DNA of 64,000 nucleotides from Actinomycetes bacterium (GTDB lineage Bacteria; Actinomycetota; Actinomycetes; Prado026): positions 72,381 to 136,380 of the forward strand of contig JBBSAJ010000003.1 of the NCBI GenBank assembly GCA_038252405.1, given 5' to 3'. The position numbers were made by a program, and so were the translations under genes. Positions within the stretch are counted from its first letter, which is position 1. Every line of letters starts with the position of its first letter. The notes beneath the pieces are model-generated. The model saw nothing but the letters and a program-made list of their open reading frames with translations. It was not told the DNA's origin and did not search any database. Positions 48,735 through 59,018 of the stretch are shown here, one piece after another.

Positions 48735-49655
48735 CTAGCCAACCGCCGCCGCCGCGACCACTCGACCCACCAGGTCGGGCGCGTCGAACGGCAGCCAGCC
48801 GATCCGCGGGTCCCGACGGAACCAGGCCAGCTGGCGCCGGGCGAACCGCCGGGTGGCCCGCACCGTCTCCGCCTTGGCCCGCCCCTCGTCCCACTCCCCC
48901 GCCAGGAACCGAAGCACCTGCGCGTACCCCAGCGCCCGGGACGCCGTTCGGCCGTCCCGCAGCCCCTGGGCCTCCAGCCGCCGGACCTCGGCCACCAGCC
49001 CAGCCGCCCACATCCGCTCCACCCGCTGCTCGATCCGCTCGTCGAGGAGGTCTCGCGGGACCTCGAGCCCGACCTGGACGGCGCCGGGCACGGCGACCGG
49101 CAGCGGCGGCAGGCTGGCCGCGAACGGCTGCCCGGTGATCTCCACGACCTCCAGCGCGCGCACCACCCGGCGGCCGTTGGTGGGCAGGATCGCGGCGGCC
49201 GCCTGCTGGTCGACCGCCGCCAGCCGCGCGTGCAGGGCCGCCGCGCCCTCGGCGGCGAGGTCGGCCTCCAGCCGGGACCGGACCTGCGGGTCGGTGCCCG
49301 GAAAGTCCAGCCCGTCGACCACGGCGCGCACGTACAGCCCCGAGCCGCCGACCAGCACGGGCAGCCGCCCGCGGGCCCGGATGTCGGTGACCACCGTCCG
49401 CGCCAGCCCGGCGAATTCGACCACGGTGGCCTCGTGGGTGACGTCCCACAGGTCGAGGAGGTGGTGCGGCACACCGCGCCACTGGTCGCCCGTGAGCTTG
49501 GCGGTGCCGACGTCCATGCCGCGGTAGACCTGCATGGCGTCGGTGTTGACCACCTCGCCGCCCACCGCCAGCGCGACCGCGACGGCGAGGTCGGACTTGC
49601 CGGTGGCCGTGGCCCCCACGATGGTGAGCAGCCGCCCGCCCGCGCCCGCGCTCAT
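48735..49655 (-). CDS. miaA: tRNA dimethylallyltransferase
   Basis: GATATGKS, DAMQVYRGMDVGTAK, VGGSGLY, TRRFARRQ. Confidence 0.96.
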   Translation of the reverse strand: MSAGAGGRLLTIVGATATGKSDLAVAVALAVGGEVVNTDAMQVYRGMDVGTAKLTGDQWRGVPHHLLDLWDVTHEATVVEFAGLARTVVTDIRARGRLPVLVGGSGLYVRAVVDGLDFPGTDPQVRSRLEADLAAEGAAALHARLAAVDQQAAAAILPTNGRRVVRALEVVEITGQPFAASLPPLPVAVPGAVQVGLEVPRDLLDERIEQRVERMWAAGLVAEVRRLEAQGLRDGRTASRALGYAQVLRFLAGEWDEGRAKAETVRATRRFARRQLAWFRRDPRIGWLPFDAPDLVGRVVAAAAVG

Positions 49656-50347
49656 CGCCGGGCGGGGGTCCAGGTGGCCACCAGGTAGCCCACCCCGTAC
49701 GGCTGCGTGTGGGCCAGCAACCGCCCGACCGGCGGCTGCGGTTCGGTCCAGGCGGCCGCGGCGACCTGCCATGGGGCCCGGCCGGAGACCATGAGCGCCG
49801 CGGCCAGCCCGGCGTCCAGCCCGGCCAGCGCGGCTCGGTCGCCGGCCCCGAGAGCCTCGGCGGCCGCGGACTCGAAGGCCTCCGCCCGCACGTCGAGCGC
49901 CCCCGGTGCCTTCGCGCTGAGCCGGGCGCTGCCCTCCCCCACCACGACGAGGGCCGTGGGCCGGGGGTCGGCGGCCAGCTCGGCGCCCAGCCGGGCGCAC
50001 TCCTGCGGGGTCGCGTCGTCCGCGACGGCGCGGTACTCGCGGGCCCCCTGGTGCCCGGCCCGGTCGAGCAGCCAGGCCGCGACGGTGAGGGGCGCCGGCA
50101 GCACCGGGTCGTCGGAACCCCCGGCAAGCGCATCGACGCCGAACCCGCGCAGGCTGCCGACCGCGTCCCCCGGCCACCGCCCGGCCGCGTCGGCCGCGCC
50201 CAGCACCACGACGCGCTCGGCCGCCAACACCGCGTCCAGGGCCTGCGCGCAGGCAGCCCGGACGTCGTCCAGCTCGCCGGCGGCCCCGACGGCGACCTCG
50301 GGGACGAGCACCGGCGGCCCAGGCACGAAGGCGACCGCGACGATCAC
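49652..50347 (-). CDS. Conserved LigB-like (extradiol dioxygenase B-like) protein upstream of miaA
   Basis: PGPPVLVPEV, GEGSARLSAKAPG, PYGVGYLVATW; translational coupling to miaA. Confidence 0.75.
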   Translation of the reverse strand: MIVAVAFVPGPPVLVPEVAVGAAGELDDVRAACAQALDAVLAAERVVVLGAADAAGRWPGDAVGSLRGFGVDALAGGSDDPVLPAPLTVAAWLLDRAGHQGAREYRAVADDATPQECARLGAELAADPRPTALVVVGEGSARLSAKAPGALDVRAEAFESAAAEALGAGDRAALAGLDAGLAAALMVSGRAPWQVAAAAWTEPQPPVGRLLAHTQPYGVGYLVATWTPARR

Positions 50348-50470
50348 GCGGCACCGCGCACGCGTGCGCAGGAACCAGGCATGGCTCCGACCCTACGTGC
50401 GCAGCCTCAATCCGCCGCGGCGCGAAGCCGATGCCGACGTCGGGGTCCGCCAGCGCACCCAGGGAGCCGC

Positions 50471-51070
50471 ATGCCGCGAGAGCGCTCGCTCGACGAGCTG
50501 CTGCTGCGCGCCCGGGGCGGGGACAAGGACGCCTTCGGCGCGCTGTTCCAGCGGCTGTCCCCCGGCGTCGCGGGGTACCTGCGCGCGCACCGCTGCCCGG
50601 ACGTCGAGGACGTCACGAGCGAGGTGTTCCTCGCCGCATTCCGCGGGATCTCCCGGTTCGAGGGGGACGCCGCGGCGCTGCGCCCCTGGCTGTTCAGCCT
50701 GGCCCACCGGCGTCGGGTCGACGCGATCCGGCGCGCCGTCCGGCGTCCGCAGCGCGTGGACGCCGGTCCGGACGACGACCCGCGCAGTGAGCCGAGCGCC
50801 GAGGACAGCGCCCTGGCCCGCACCGGCGGCGCGCTCGCGCTGCTGCACCGGCTGACCGAGGACCAGCGGGAGGTGCTGGCGCTGCGAGTGATCGCGGACC
50901 TGTCCTTGGAGGAGACCGCCGTGGCTCTCGGGCGCAGCGTCGGCGCGGTCAAGTCGCTGCAGCACCGGGCGCTCGAGGTGCTGCGCCGGCTGGTCGAGCA
51001 GGACGCGGCGGTGGGCCGAACGGGTGACAGCGGCCGCGGGGCGTATCCCCCGGTGGGCGCCGGGCGATGA
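50471..51070 (+). CDS. ECF RNA polymerase sigma factor
   Basis: EDVTSEVF, WLFSLAH, LTEDQREVL, GAVKSLQHRA. Confidence 0.9.
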   Translation: MPRERSLDELLLRARGGDKDAFGALFQRLSPGVAGYLRAHRCPDVEDVTSEVFLAAFRGISRFEGDAAALRPWLFSLAHRRRVDAIRRAVRRPQRVDAGPDDDPRSEPSAEDSALARTGGALALLHRLTEDQREVLALRVIADLSLEETAVALGRSVGAVKSLQHRALEVLRRLVEQDAAVGRTGDSGRGAYPPVGAGR

Positions 51071-51080
51071 CAGGGGTGCG

Positions 51081-51767
51081 ATGAGCAACGGCGACGACTT
51101 TTTCGACGACCTGCTGGGCGGTTCGACCGGCACCGAGCGGGGCGTCGAGGGCGTGCTGCGCGACCTGCGCCGACTGGCCGACCAGCCGGCGCCGCACCCC
51201 AGGGGTGAGCTCGCCGCCTTCCTGGCCGCGGCCCCGACGGTCGACCCCGCCGGACGGCTGGCCCCCCTGAGGCTGCGGATCACCCGGCTGGCCGCCCGCA
51301 CCGCGAGCATGGGCGCCGCCGGCGCCATCGTGCTGGGCGGCGGCGCCGTGGCGATGGCCTGCGTCGGCGCGGTCACCGTGGCGCACGTGACGTCGCAGCA
51401 CCCCAAACCGCCGGCCGTCGTGAGCACGTTGCCGTCGACCCACTCCGCGGCGAGCGAGTCCCCGGAGGCCGGGGCCGCCACCCGGTCCACGGACCCGAAC
51501 GCGACGGTCACCCAGACCACCAAGACCACCCAGACCACCGGGCCGGCCAGGTCACCCAAGGCCGACGAGACGGCCGAGCCCAGCGGGTCGCCGGGCCAAG
51601 ACAAGAGCGTCGCCAACCACAACGACGGCCAGGGCCGAGACGACCAGCGGGCCGACGTGAGCAGCGGCGGACCGGTCCACCACCAAGGCGACGGATGGCG
51701 GCCGGGCCTCGGCCAGGGCGCGGGCCAGGACGCAGGCAAGGTCGGCGGGGCCCAGCCCCGACCCTGA
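51081..51767 (+). CDS. Putative membrane anti-sigma factor with low-complexity tail
   Basis: Directly after the ECF gene; single hydrophobic segment followed by a Thr/Ser/Pro/Gly-rich tail. Confidence 0.55.
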   Translation: MSNGDDFFDDLLGGSTGTERGVEGVLRDLRRLADQPAPHPRGELAAFLAAAPTVDPAGRLAPLRLRITRLAARTASMGAAGAIVLGGGAVAMACVGAVTVAHVTSQHPKPPAVVSTLPSTHSAASESPEAGAATRSTDPNATVTQTTKTTQTTGPARSPKADETAEPSGSPGQDKSVANHNDGQGRDDQRADVSSGGPVHHQGDGWRPGLGQGAGQDAGKVGGAQPRP

Positions 51768-51785
51768 CGTCACGGGCGTGCGGCG

Positions 51786-53240
51786 TCAGGCGCGAACCGA
51801 GGGCATCCCGAGGAGCACGCCCCCACCCGTGGGGGCGTGCTCCTCGTTCGGCTGCTGCCGGGCCAGCCACGCGTCACCGGCCCGGGTGCGGCGGACCGCG
51901 AAGGTCGGGCCGTCGGCCACCAGGTGGTGCGGCGCCGCGTAGGTGACCTCGACGGTCGCGACGTCCCCCGGCCGCGGCGGCTGCTGCCGCTGCGGCACGG
52001 CGAAGTGCACCAGCCGGTTGTCCGGGGCCCGGCCGGAGAGCCGGTGCGTCGCGTCGTCCTTGCGGCCCTCGCCCTCGGCCACCAGCACCTCGAGCACCCG
52101 CCCGACCTGCCGACCGTTCTCGGCCCAGGCGATGTCGTCCTGAACGGCGACCAGCCGCTCGTACCGCTCCTGGACGACGGCCTTGGGCACCTGGTCGGCC
52201 AGGTCCGCGGCCGGCGTCCCCGGCCGGCGCGAGTACTGGAAGGTGAACGCGCCGGCGAACCGGGCCGTCCGCACCACGTCCAGGGTGGCCTCGAACTCGG
52301 CGTCGGTCTCCCCAGGGAAGCCGACGATGATGTCGGTGGTGATGGCGGCGTCCGGCAGGACGGCCCGGACCCGCTCGATGATGCCGAGGTAGCGTGCCTG
52401 CCGGTAGGACCGGCGCATCCGGCGCAGCACGTCGTCCGACCCGGACTGCAGCGGCATGTGCAGGCTGGGCATCACGTTTGGGGTCTGTGCCATCGCCTCG
52501 ATGACGTCGTCGGTGAAGTCCTTGGGGTGCGGGCTGGTGAACCGCACCCGCTCCAGCCCCTCGATGTCGCCGCAGGCCCGCAGCAGCTTGGAGAACGCCT
52601 GCCGGTCGCCGAACTCCACGCCGTAGGAGTTGACGTTCTGCCCGAGCAGGGTGACCTCGAGGACACCCTGCCCGACCAGCGCCTCGACCTCGGCGAGGAC
52701 GTCGCCCGGGCGGCGGTCCTTCTCGGTGCCGCGCAGGCTCGGCACGATGCAGAACGTGCAGGTGTTGTTGCAGCCCACGCTGATCGAGACCCACGCCGCG
52801 TACGCCGACTCGCGCCGGGTGGGCAGCGTGGACGGGAACACCTCGAGGGACTCGAGGATCTCCACCTGGGCGGTCTCGTTGTGCCTGGCCCGCTCGAGCA
52901 GCACCGGCAGCGACCCGATGTTGTGGGTGCCGAAGACGACGTCCACCCAGGGGGCCCGGCGGGTGATCTCGCCGCGGTCCTTCTGGGCCAGGCAGCCGCC
53001 GACGGCGATCTGCATGCCCGGGCGCTGCGCCTTCACGGGCGCCAGATGGCCCAGGTTGCCGTACAGCCGGTTGTCGGCGTTCTCGCGCACCGCGCAGGTG
53101 TTGAACACGACGACGTCGGCCGGCTCGTCCTCGGCCGCGCGCCGGTAGCCCGCGTCCTCCAGCAGGCCGGCCAGCCGCTCGGAGTCGTGGGCGTTCATCT
53201 GGCACCCGTAGGTACGGACCTGGTAGCTGCGCTGTGTCAT
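51786..53240 (-). CDS. miaB: tRNA methylthiotransferase MiaB
   Basis: [22 protein letters not shown] radical-SAM motif. Confidence 0.97.
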   Translation of the reverse strand: MTQRSYQVRTYGCQMNAHDSERLAGLLEDAGYRRAAEDEPADVVVFNTCAVRENADNRLYGNLGHLAPVKAQRPGMQIAVGGCLAQKDRGEITRRAPWVDVVFGTHNIGSLPVLLERARHNETAQVEILESLEVFPSTLPTRRESAYAAWVSISVGCNNTCTFCIVPSLRGTEKDRRPGDVLAEVEALVGQGVLEVTLLGQNVNSYGVEFGDRQAFSKLLRACGDIEGLERVRFTSPHPKDFTDDVIEAMAQTPNVMPSLHMPLQSGSDDVLRRMRRSYRQARYLGIIERVRAVLPDAAITTDIIVGFPGETDAEFEATLDVVRTARFAGAFTFQYSRRPGTPAADLADQVPKAVVQERYERLVAVQDDIAWAENGRQVGRVLEVLVAEGEGRKDDATHRLSGRAPDNRLVHFAVPQRQQPPRPGDVATVEVTYAAPHHLVADGPTFAVRRTRAGDAWLARQQPNEEHAPTGGGVLLGMPSVRA

Positions 53241-53276
53241 GTCGGGGTCAAGGGTAGGCGGATCTACGCTGCCCCC

Positions 53277-53705
53277 GTGCCCACCCCGCCCGCGCACCTG
53301 ACGGCCAGCGCCGTCGTGGTCACCCCGGACGGCACCCGGGTGCTGCTGCTGCGGCACCGCCGGTTCGGTCGCTGGGGCCCGCTGGGGGGGCACGTCGAGG
53401 GCGCCGAGTCCCTGCCGGACGCCGTCCGCCGGGAAGTGGCCGAAGAGTCCGGGCTGACCGACGTCCGGGTCCTGGAAACGGCTCTGGGCGTGACGCAGGC
53501 CACCGTCACCTGCGGTCGCGCCGAGGAGGTCCGGCACCTGGACCACCTGTTCGCGGTCGTGGCCGACCCGGAGCACCCGCTCACTGCCGAACCGGGCTCG
53601 GCGCTGGCCTGGTTCGCCGTGGGCGCACTGCCGGAGCCCGCCGTCCCGGGGCTGAGCAAGTGGGTCAGCGCGGCCGCGGGGGCCGCGCGCGGCGCCCGCT
53701 CGTAG
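53277..53705 (+). CDS. NUDIX hydrolase
   Basis: [32 protein letters not shown]. Confidence 0.85.
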   Translation: MPTPPAHLTASAVVVTPDGTRVLLLRHRRFGRWGPLGGHVEGAESLPDAVRREVAEESGLTDVRVLETALGVTQATVTCGRAEEVRHLDHLFAVVADPEHPLTAEPGSALAWFAVGALPEPAVPGLSKWVSAAAGAARGARS

Positions 53706-53715
53706 AGTCGAGGAC

Positions 53716-54147
53716 GTGAACGCGAGCCGGCAGCACGACCTCGTGGGGGTGCTCGCCGTCGACCCGGCCGGGACGCAGGTGCTCTTGGACCGCGACCCGG
53801 AGTTCGGCCGGTGGGGGGTCGTCAGCGCCCATCTCGAGGGACGCCAGCGACCGCTCTCGGCCGTGACCCGCACCCTGCGCGACGCGACCGGCCTGGTTCC
53901 GCAGCTCACTCTGCAGCCACCTCTGGCCATCCTGCAGGACGTCTACGCCTGCCCCGGCGGACCCGAGCCGGTGCGCCATGTCGAGCACGTGTTCGCGGTC
54001 GTCGTCGACCGGCTGGCGCCGCTCGGTGGCGACCACCCGCATCGGCTCGAGTGGTTCCCGGTCCGGGCGCTACCCGAGCCGCTCGTCCCGGGGCTGCACC
54101 TGCAGGTCCGGGCCGCGCTGCGGCTGCTCGACGCGCAGCAGCACTGA
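53716..54147 (+). CDS. NUDIX-fold protein with degenerate Nudix box
   Basis: Colinear with the upstream NUDIX ([32 protein letters not shown]), but the box reads [23 protein letters not shown]. Confidence 0.7.
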   Translation: MNASRQHDLVGVLAVDPAGTQVLLDRDPEFGRWGVVSAHLEGRQRPLSAVTRTLRDATGLVPQLTLQPPLAILQDVYACPGGPEPVRHVEHVFAVVVDRLAPLGGDHPHRLEWFPVRALPEPLVPGLHLQVRAALRLLDAQQH

Positions 54148-54759
54148 CGTCGTCAGCGACAGCCAGGCCAGCGCCAGCGCCCAGCCGGCCAGCACGTCGG
54201 TGAGCCAGTGCACGCTGAGCACGATCCGGCTGACCCCGATGAGTGGGCCCACGAGGCACGCAGCCAGCGCCAGCCGCTGCCCCAGCCGGCCGGGGACCAG
54301 GAGCAGCGCGAGCACCGACAGCGCGCCGAACAGGTAGATCCCGGCGGCCGCGTGACCGGAGGGGTAGCTGAACCCGTGCGCCGCAACCAGGTGGTCGACC
54401 GTCGCGGGGCGGGCTCGCTCGACGAGCAGCTTGACCGAGGTGTTGAGCAGCGCACCCCCGGCCGCGGTCGCCGCCAGGTAGACGGCCGCCGGCCGGGCCC
54501 CCCGGGCGTACAGGAGCAGCGTCAGGACCACGACCACCACGGTCACGACCACCGGGTTGCCCAGCCAGGTGACGGCCTCGGCGACCCGGACGGCTGCTGG
54601 TCGTCCGCTCACCCACTGCCGCATGGTGCGCTCGACCGCGGAGTCCAGCCGGGCCAGCCGGTGGCCGTCCAGCAGCACGACCAGGGTGAGCGCCAGGAAG
54701 AACCCGAACGACGTCGACCCGACGACCCGCAGCCGGGTGGGCGACGGGAGAGTGGGCAC
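54070..54759 (-). CDS. PAP2-family phosphatase
   Basis: KLLVERARP, SYPSGH, SRIVLSVHWLTDVLAG. Confidence 0.88.
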   Translation of the reverse strand: MPTLPSPTRLRVVGSTSFGFFLALTLVVLLDGHRLARLDSAVERTMRQWVSGRPAAVRVAEAVTWLGNPVVVTVVVVVLTLLLYARGARPAAVYLAATAAGGALLNTSVKLLVERARPATVDHLVAAHGFSYPSGHAAAGIYLFGALSVLALLLVPGRLGQRLALAACLVGPLIGVSRIVLSVHWLTDVLAGWALALAWLSLTTSVLLRVEQPQRGPDLQVQPRDERLG

Positions 54760-54775
54760 ACACGGCACTGTAAGG

Positions 54776-55759
54776 GTGAGGGTGCGACAGGATGGCCCGG
54801 TGGGAGCCGTCGAGCGGTACGCGGCCGCAGCTGGCGTCGACCCGGCGACCTCGGGGCTGGTGCTCGACCTGCGCGGCAAGCAGCACGTGGTGCTGGTCGA
54901 CCGGACCGCCGGCCTGGTCTGGCGGTTCCCCCGGACACCGGCCCGGCTGGCCCTGCTCGCGGACGACGCGGCCCGGCTGCGGGCGGCGCACCGGCTGGGG
55001 CTGCCGGCGCCCGCGGTGCTCGGTGCGGTCCTGGACGCGCCGCTGGGCCGGGCCCACCTGCTGCTGGAGTACCTGCCCGGCATCGCCATGGACGACCCGG
55101 TGCTCCGCTGCCTGGACGACGCGTCGGCCGCACGGCTGGGTCGCGACCTGGCCGCGCTGCTGTCCCGGACCCGCTGCCTGCCGGCCGGGGCCTGGCCGCT
55201 GCCGGCGCCGGAGTGGGTCGGGCTGTGGGAGGCGCTGGCCGCCGAGCTGTCGGTCAGCGTGGTGCCGCTGCTGCCGGTGGCCCTGGCCGAGCGCGCCCTC
55301 TCGGACCTGGACCAGGCGGCCGGCGCGGCTCGACGGGCCCCGCACGGGCTGATCCACGGCGACCTGGGCGGGGTCAACCTCCGGGTGGACCCGGCCACGG
55401 GTGCGCTGACCGGCGTGCTCGACTGGGACGGCGCGGTGCCCGGCGACCCGGCCGTGGACACCGTCGCGGTGGCCGTGGGCGCCGACCCGCGGGTGGTCGC
55501 CTCGATGCTGGCCGCCGGGCCCGAGCTGGCCGGCGACCTGGAGCGGGCCAGGGCCTATGTGGCCACCTGGGCGCTGCAGGAGATGGCCTGGGGGCTGCGC
55601 CACGACGATCCGGGGCTCACCCAGGACGGGCTGGCCCGGTTCAGCGGCCTGCTGGCCGGTCAGCCCGGCTCGGCGGTGTCCAGCCCGGCCAGCTGCTCCT
55701 CGACCAGGCCCTCCGCCACCAGACCTTCTCCGGCCAGCGCCTCCCGGACCACCCGGTAG
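54776..55759 (+). CDS. Aminoglycoside phosphotransferase (APH/Vph-like) family protein
   Basis: GKQHVV...VWRFPR, HGDLGGVN, GVLDWD, GDPAVD; start uncertain. Confidence 0.8.
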   Translation: MRVRQDGPVGAVERYAAAAGVDPATSGLVLDLRGKQHVVLVDRTAGLVWRFPRTPARLALLADDAARLRAAHRLGLPAPAVLGAVLDAPLGRAHLLLEYLPGIAMDDPVLRCLDDASAARLGRDLAALLSRTRCLPAGAWPLPAPEWVGLWEALAAELSVSVVPLLPVALAERALSDLDQAAGAARRAPHGLIHGDLGGVNLRVDPATGALTGVLDWDGAVPGDPAVDTVAVAVGADPRVVASMLAAGPELAGDLERARAYVATWALQEMAWGLRHDDPGLTQDGLARFSGLLAGQPGSAVSSPASCSSTRPSATRPSPASASRTTR

Positions 55760-56250
55760 CTGAGCCCGCCCGGGTAGCCCTTGCGGGCCAACAGCGCGGT
55801 CAGCCGGCGCACCCGGACGGCCGGCTCCAGGCCCCGGGTCGCGGGCAGCCGGCGGGCCACCAGCGCCCGGGCGGTGGCCAGCTCACGGTCCGGGTCGAGC
55901 TCGTCGAGGGCCTGGTCGACGAGCGGGTCGGGCACCCCCCGGTGCCGCAGCTCGTGGGCCAGCGCACGGCGGGCCAGCCCCCGGCCGGTGTGCCGGGACT
56001 CGACCCAGGCGGACGCGTACGCGGCGTCGTCGACCAGGCCGACCTCACTGAACCGTTCGAGTACCCGCCGGGCCGACTCCTCCGGCACGTTGCGCCGGGC
56101 CATCACCTGCTCGAGCTGAGCCCGGGTCCGCGGGCCGAAGCCCAGCTGCTGCAAGGCGATGGTGCGGGCCACGTCGTCGGGGTCCGCGTCCGGCCCCGCG
56201 TCGCGGTCGCCGCCCGGCTCCGGCGGCGCGGGCCGGCCCCGGTGTGCCAT
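55660..56250 (-). CDS. recX: Regulatory protein RecX
   Basis: PRTRAQL, GLVDDAAYA, ELRHRGV, LARKGY; directly downstream of recA. Confidence 0.93.
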   Translation of the reverse strand: MAHRGRPAPPEPGGDRDAGPDADPDDVARTIALQQLGFGPRTRAQLEQVMARRNVPEESARRVLERFSEVGLVDDAAYASAWVESRHTGRGLARRALAHELRHRGVPDPLVDQALDELDPDRELATARALVARRLPATRGLEPAVRVRRLTALLARKGYPGGLSYRVVREALAGEGLVAEGLVEEQLAGLDTAEPG

Positions 56251-56257
56251 GCGCGGC

Positions 56258-57301
56258 TCAGATCGTGACCGGGACAGCAGCGGTGAGGTCGACCTCGGCG
56301 TCCAGGGTGGCGCCGATGCCGAGCTTCTCCTTGATCTTCTTCTCGATCTCGTCGGCAAGGTCGGGGTTGTCCCGCAGGAAGGTGCGAGCGTTCTCCTTGC
56401 CCTGGCCCAGCTGGTCGCCGTCGTAGGTGTACCAGGCCCCGCTCTTGCGGACGATCCCGTGGTCGACGCCCATGTCGATCAGGCCGCCCTCGCGGGAGAT
56501 CCCCTGGCCGTAGATGATGTCGAACTCGGCCTGCTTGAACGGCGGGGCAACCTTGTTCTTCACCACCTTGACGCGGGTGCGGTTGCCGACCGCGTCGGTG
56601 CCGTCCTTGAGCGTCTCGATCCGGCGGACGTCGAGCCGCACGCTCGCGTAGAACTTCAGCGCCTTGCCACCGGTGGTGGTCTCCGGTGAGCCGAACATCA
56701 CGCCGATCTTCTCGCGCAGCTGGTTGATGAAGATCGCCGTGGTGTTGGTGTTGCTCAGCGCCCCGGTCATCTTGCGCAGCGCCTGCGACATCAGCCGGGC
56801 CTGCAGGCCCACGTGGTTGTCGCCCATCTCGCCTTCGATCTCGGCCCGCGGCACCAGCGCGGCCACCGAGTCGATGACCACGATGTCCAGGGCACCCGAG
56901 CGGACCAGCATGTCGGCGATCTCCAGCGCCTGCTCGCCGGTGTCCGGCTGGGAGACCAGCAGCGCGTCGGTGTCGACGCCGAGCTTGCCGGCGTAGTCGG
57001 GGTCGAGGGCGTGCTCGGCGTCGATGAACGCGGCGATCCCGCCGGCCCGCTGCGCGCTGGCCACCGCGTGCAGCGCGACCGTGGTCTTGCCGGAGGACTC
57101 CGGGCCGTAGATCTCCACCACCCGGCCGCGGGGCAGTCCGCCGATGCCGAGGGCGACGTCGAGCGCGATCGACCCGGTCGGGATGACCTCGATCGGCACC
57201 CGCACCTCGTCGCCGAGCCGCATGACGGAGCCCTTGCCGAAGGACTTCTCGATCTGTGCGAGGGCGGTGTCGAGCGCCTTCTCGCGGTCTGCTGCTGCCA
57301 T
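56258..57301 (-). CDS. recA: Recombinase RecA
   Basis: [33 protein letters not shown]; no intein. Confidence 0.98.
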   Translation of the reverse strand: MAAADREKALDTALAQIEKSFGKGSVMRLGDEVRVPIEVIPTGSIALDVALGIGGLPRGRVVEIYGPESSGKTTVALHAVASAQRAGGIAAFIDAEHALDPDYAGKLGVDTDALLVSQPDTGEQALEIADMLVRSGALDIVVIDSVAALVPRAEIEGEMGDNHVGLQARLMSQALRKMTGALSNTNTTAIFINQLREKIGVMFGSPETTTGGKALKFYASVRLDVRRIETLKDGTDAVGNRTRVKVVKNKVAPPFKQAEFDIIYGQGISREGGLIDMGVDHGIVRKSGAWYTYDGDQLGQGKENARTFLRDNPDLADEIEKKIKEKLGIGATLDAEVDLTAAVPVTI

Positions 57302-57375
57302 GCTGGCTGCCTCCGGGGGTCGGGCCGGTGTCGTGCGCCGGTTCGGTGCGGACGGGCGGGGCTTGCCCTGCAACG

Positions 57376-57397
57376 ACGCTACGACCCGCCACCGACA
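57376..57397 (-). promoter_or_regulatory. RecA-NDp (PafBC-type, LexA-independent) promoter motif
   Basis: Minus strand TGTCGG-TGGCGGGTCG-TAGCGT matches TGTCGG-N10-TA-N3-T. Confidence 0.75.
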
Positions 57398-57446
57398 ACC
57401 AGCGAGAGCCGACACCGAGGCTGTGGACGAAGCGACACCGGGAAGA

Positions 57447-58748
57447 CTAGGTCGAACGAGTGTTCGAATCCAACCGACACGCCGGGTGGGCCGCACCGAT
57501 CACCAACAGCCCGACCAGCCCGGCTGCCCCCACGGTGAGCCAGCCGTACGACGCCAGCGCCACGACCACCCCGGCGAGCGCCCCACCCACCGCGCCGGCC
57601 GCGTTCATGGCCAGGTCGGCGGCGCCCTGCACCGAGGTCCGGGTGGCCGCCGGGACCGACTCGGTGAGCAGCGTAGAGCCGGCGACCAGCCCGCAGGACC
57701 AACCCAGCCCGAGCAGGAACAGCCCCACCCCCAGCCGGGCCGAGTCGTGCGCGGGGGCCGTCCCGGCCACCGCCGCGGACGCGAGCAGCAGCACCGCACC
57801 CAGGTAGATCATCGGGACCCGGCCGAACCGGTCGACGGCCCAGCCCACCACCGGGGAGAGTGCGTACATGCCGGCGATGTGCACGCTGATCACCAGGCCG
57901 ATGACGGTGAGCGAGACGTCGACGTGCCGCATGTGGATCGGGGTCATCACCATGACGCCGACCATGGCCGTGTGCGCGACCACGATGGCGCCGAGCCCCA
58001 GCAGCGCCCGTGGCGACCGGCCCACGACGCGGTACGCCGCCCGCACCGACAGGGCCGGGGTGGCGACGCCGCCGTCCGCGACGAACCGGCGACGGGCCAG
58101 CAGCAGCGGGTCGGGGCGCAGCAGGGTGGCCACCAGCAGCGCACCCAGCGCGAACGCCACCAGCGAGAACAGGTACGGCCCGGCCAGCATCGGCAGGCCC
58201 AGCTCCAGCGCCACCCGCCCGGCCGGCTCGGCCAGGTTCGGCCCGGCGACCGCGCCGATCGTGGTCGCCCACACCACCAGGGACAGGGCGCGGGCCCGGT
58301 GCCGCGGCTCGGCCAGGTCGGTCGCCGCGTAGCGGGCCTGCAGCCCGGTCGCTGACGCAGTCCCGAACAAGAACGTGCCCACGAGCAGCAGCGGCAGCCA
58401 CCGGGCCACCGACGCGACGAGCACGACGGCTGCCCCCAGCGCTCCCACCATCAGCCCGGCCGCCAGCCCGGACCGGCGGCCGCGCCGGTTCATCAGCCGG
58501 GACAGCGGGACGGCGGCCACCGCCGCGCCCAGGGTGCTCGCGGTCTGCGCCAGGCCGGCCGCGGAGTCGGAGTTGGCCAGGCTCGCGGCGATCAGCCCGC
58601 CGACGGCCACGCCGGCCCCGACGCCCAGCCCGCCGAGCACCTGCCCACCGGACAGCACGGCCACCGTGCGCCGCTGGACGGCGGCGACGAAACCGGCGCC
58701 GTCGGGAGGGGCTGCGGCCAGGGCTTCGGGCCGCGCGTCGGACGTCAC
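57447..58748 (-). CDS. MFS transporter
   Basis: About 12 TM segments, [31 protein letters not shown]. Confidence 0.88.
   Translation of the reverse strand: MTSDARPEALAAAPPDGAGFVAAVQRRTVAVLSGGQVLGGLGVGAGVAVGGLIAASLANSDSAAGLAQTASTLGAAVAAVPLSRLMNRRGRRSGLAAGLMVGALGAAVVLVASVARWLPLLLVGTFLFGTASATGLQARYAATDLAEPRHRARALSLVVWATTIGAVAGPNLAEPAGRVALELGLPMLAGPYLFSLVAFALGALLVATLLRPDPLLLARRRFVADGGVATPALSVRAAYRVVGRSPRALLGLGAIVVAHTAMVGVMVMTPIHMRHVDVSLTVIGLVISVHIAGMYALSPVVGWAVDRFGRVPMIYLGAVLLLASAAVAGTAPAHDSARLGVGLFLLGLGWSCGLVAGSTLLTESVPAATRTSVQGAADLAMNAAGAVGGALAGVVVALASYGWLTVGAAGLVGLLVIGAAHPACRLDSNTRST
57452..57467. promoter_or_regulatory. LexA box upstream of recA
   Basis: TCGAACGAGTGTTCGA. Confidence 0.88.
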
Positions 58749-58791
58749 CGAGGCAGGGTAAGCGGTCGGCCCCAGCGGTCAGCGGGCGCGG

Positions 58792-58986
58792 TCAGCGGGC
58801 GGCCGGCGGCAGCTGCAGGTGCGCCCAGACGGCGCGCCAGACCAGCAGGGTGTCCTCGCCCTGGGCCAGCGCCTGGTCAACGGTGCGCCCGCCGAGCTCG
58901 GCGAGCACCGTGTCTCGCGCCCACGAGGCCGCGTAGCCGGGACCGAGGTGGTCCTCCATCCGCCGCCAGAAGTCGGAGAGCCGCAC
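58792..58986 (-). CDS. DUF3046 domain protein
   Basis: MRLSDFWRRMEDHLG...LGGRTVDQAL...VWRAV. Confidence 0.85.
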   Translation of the reverse strand: MRLSDFWRRMEDHLGPGYAASWARDTVLAELGGRTVDQALAQGEDTLLVWRAVWAHLQLPPAAR

Positions 58987-59018
58987 GGCCGCGACGGTAG
59001 TCGACCCGGTTGTCGGGG

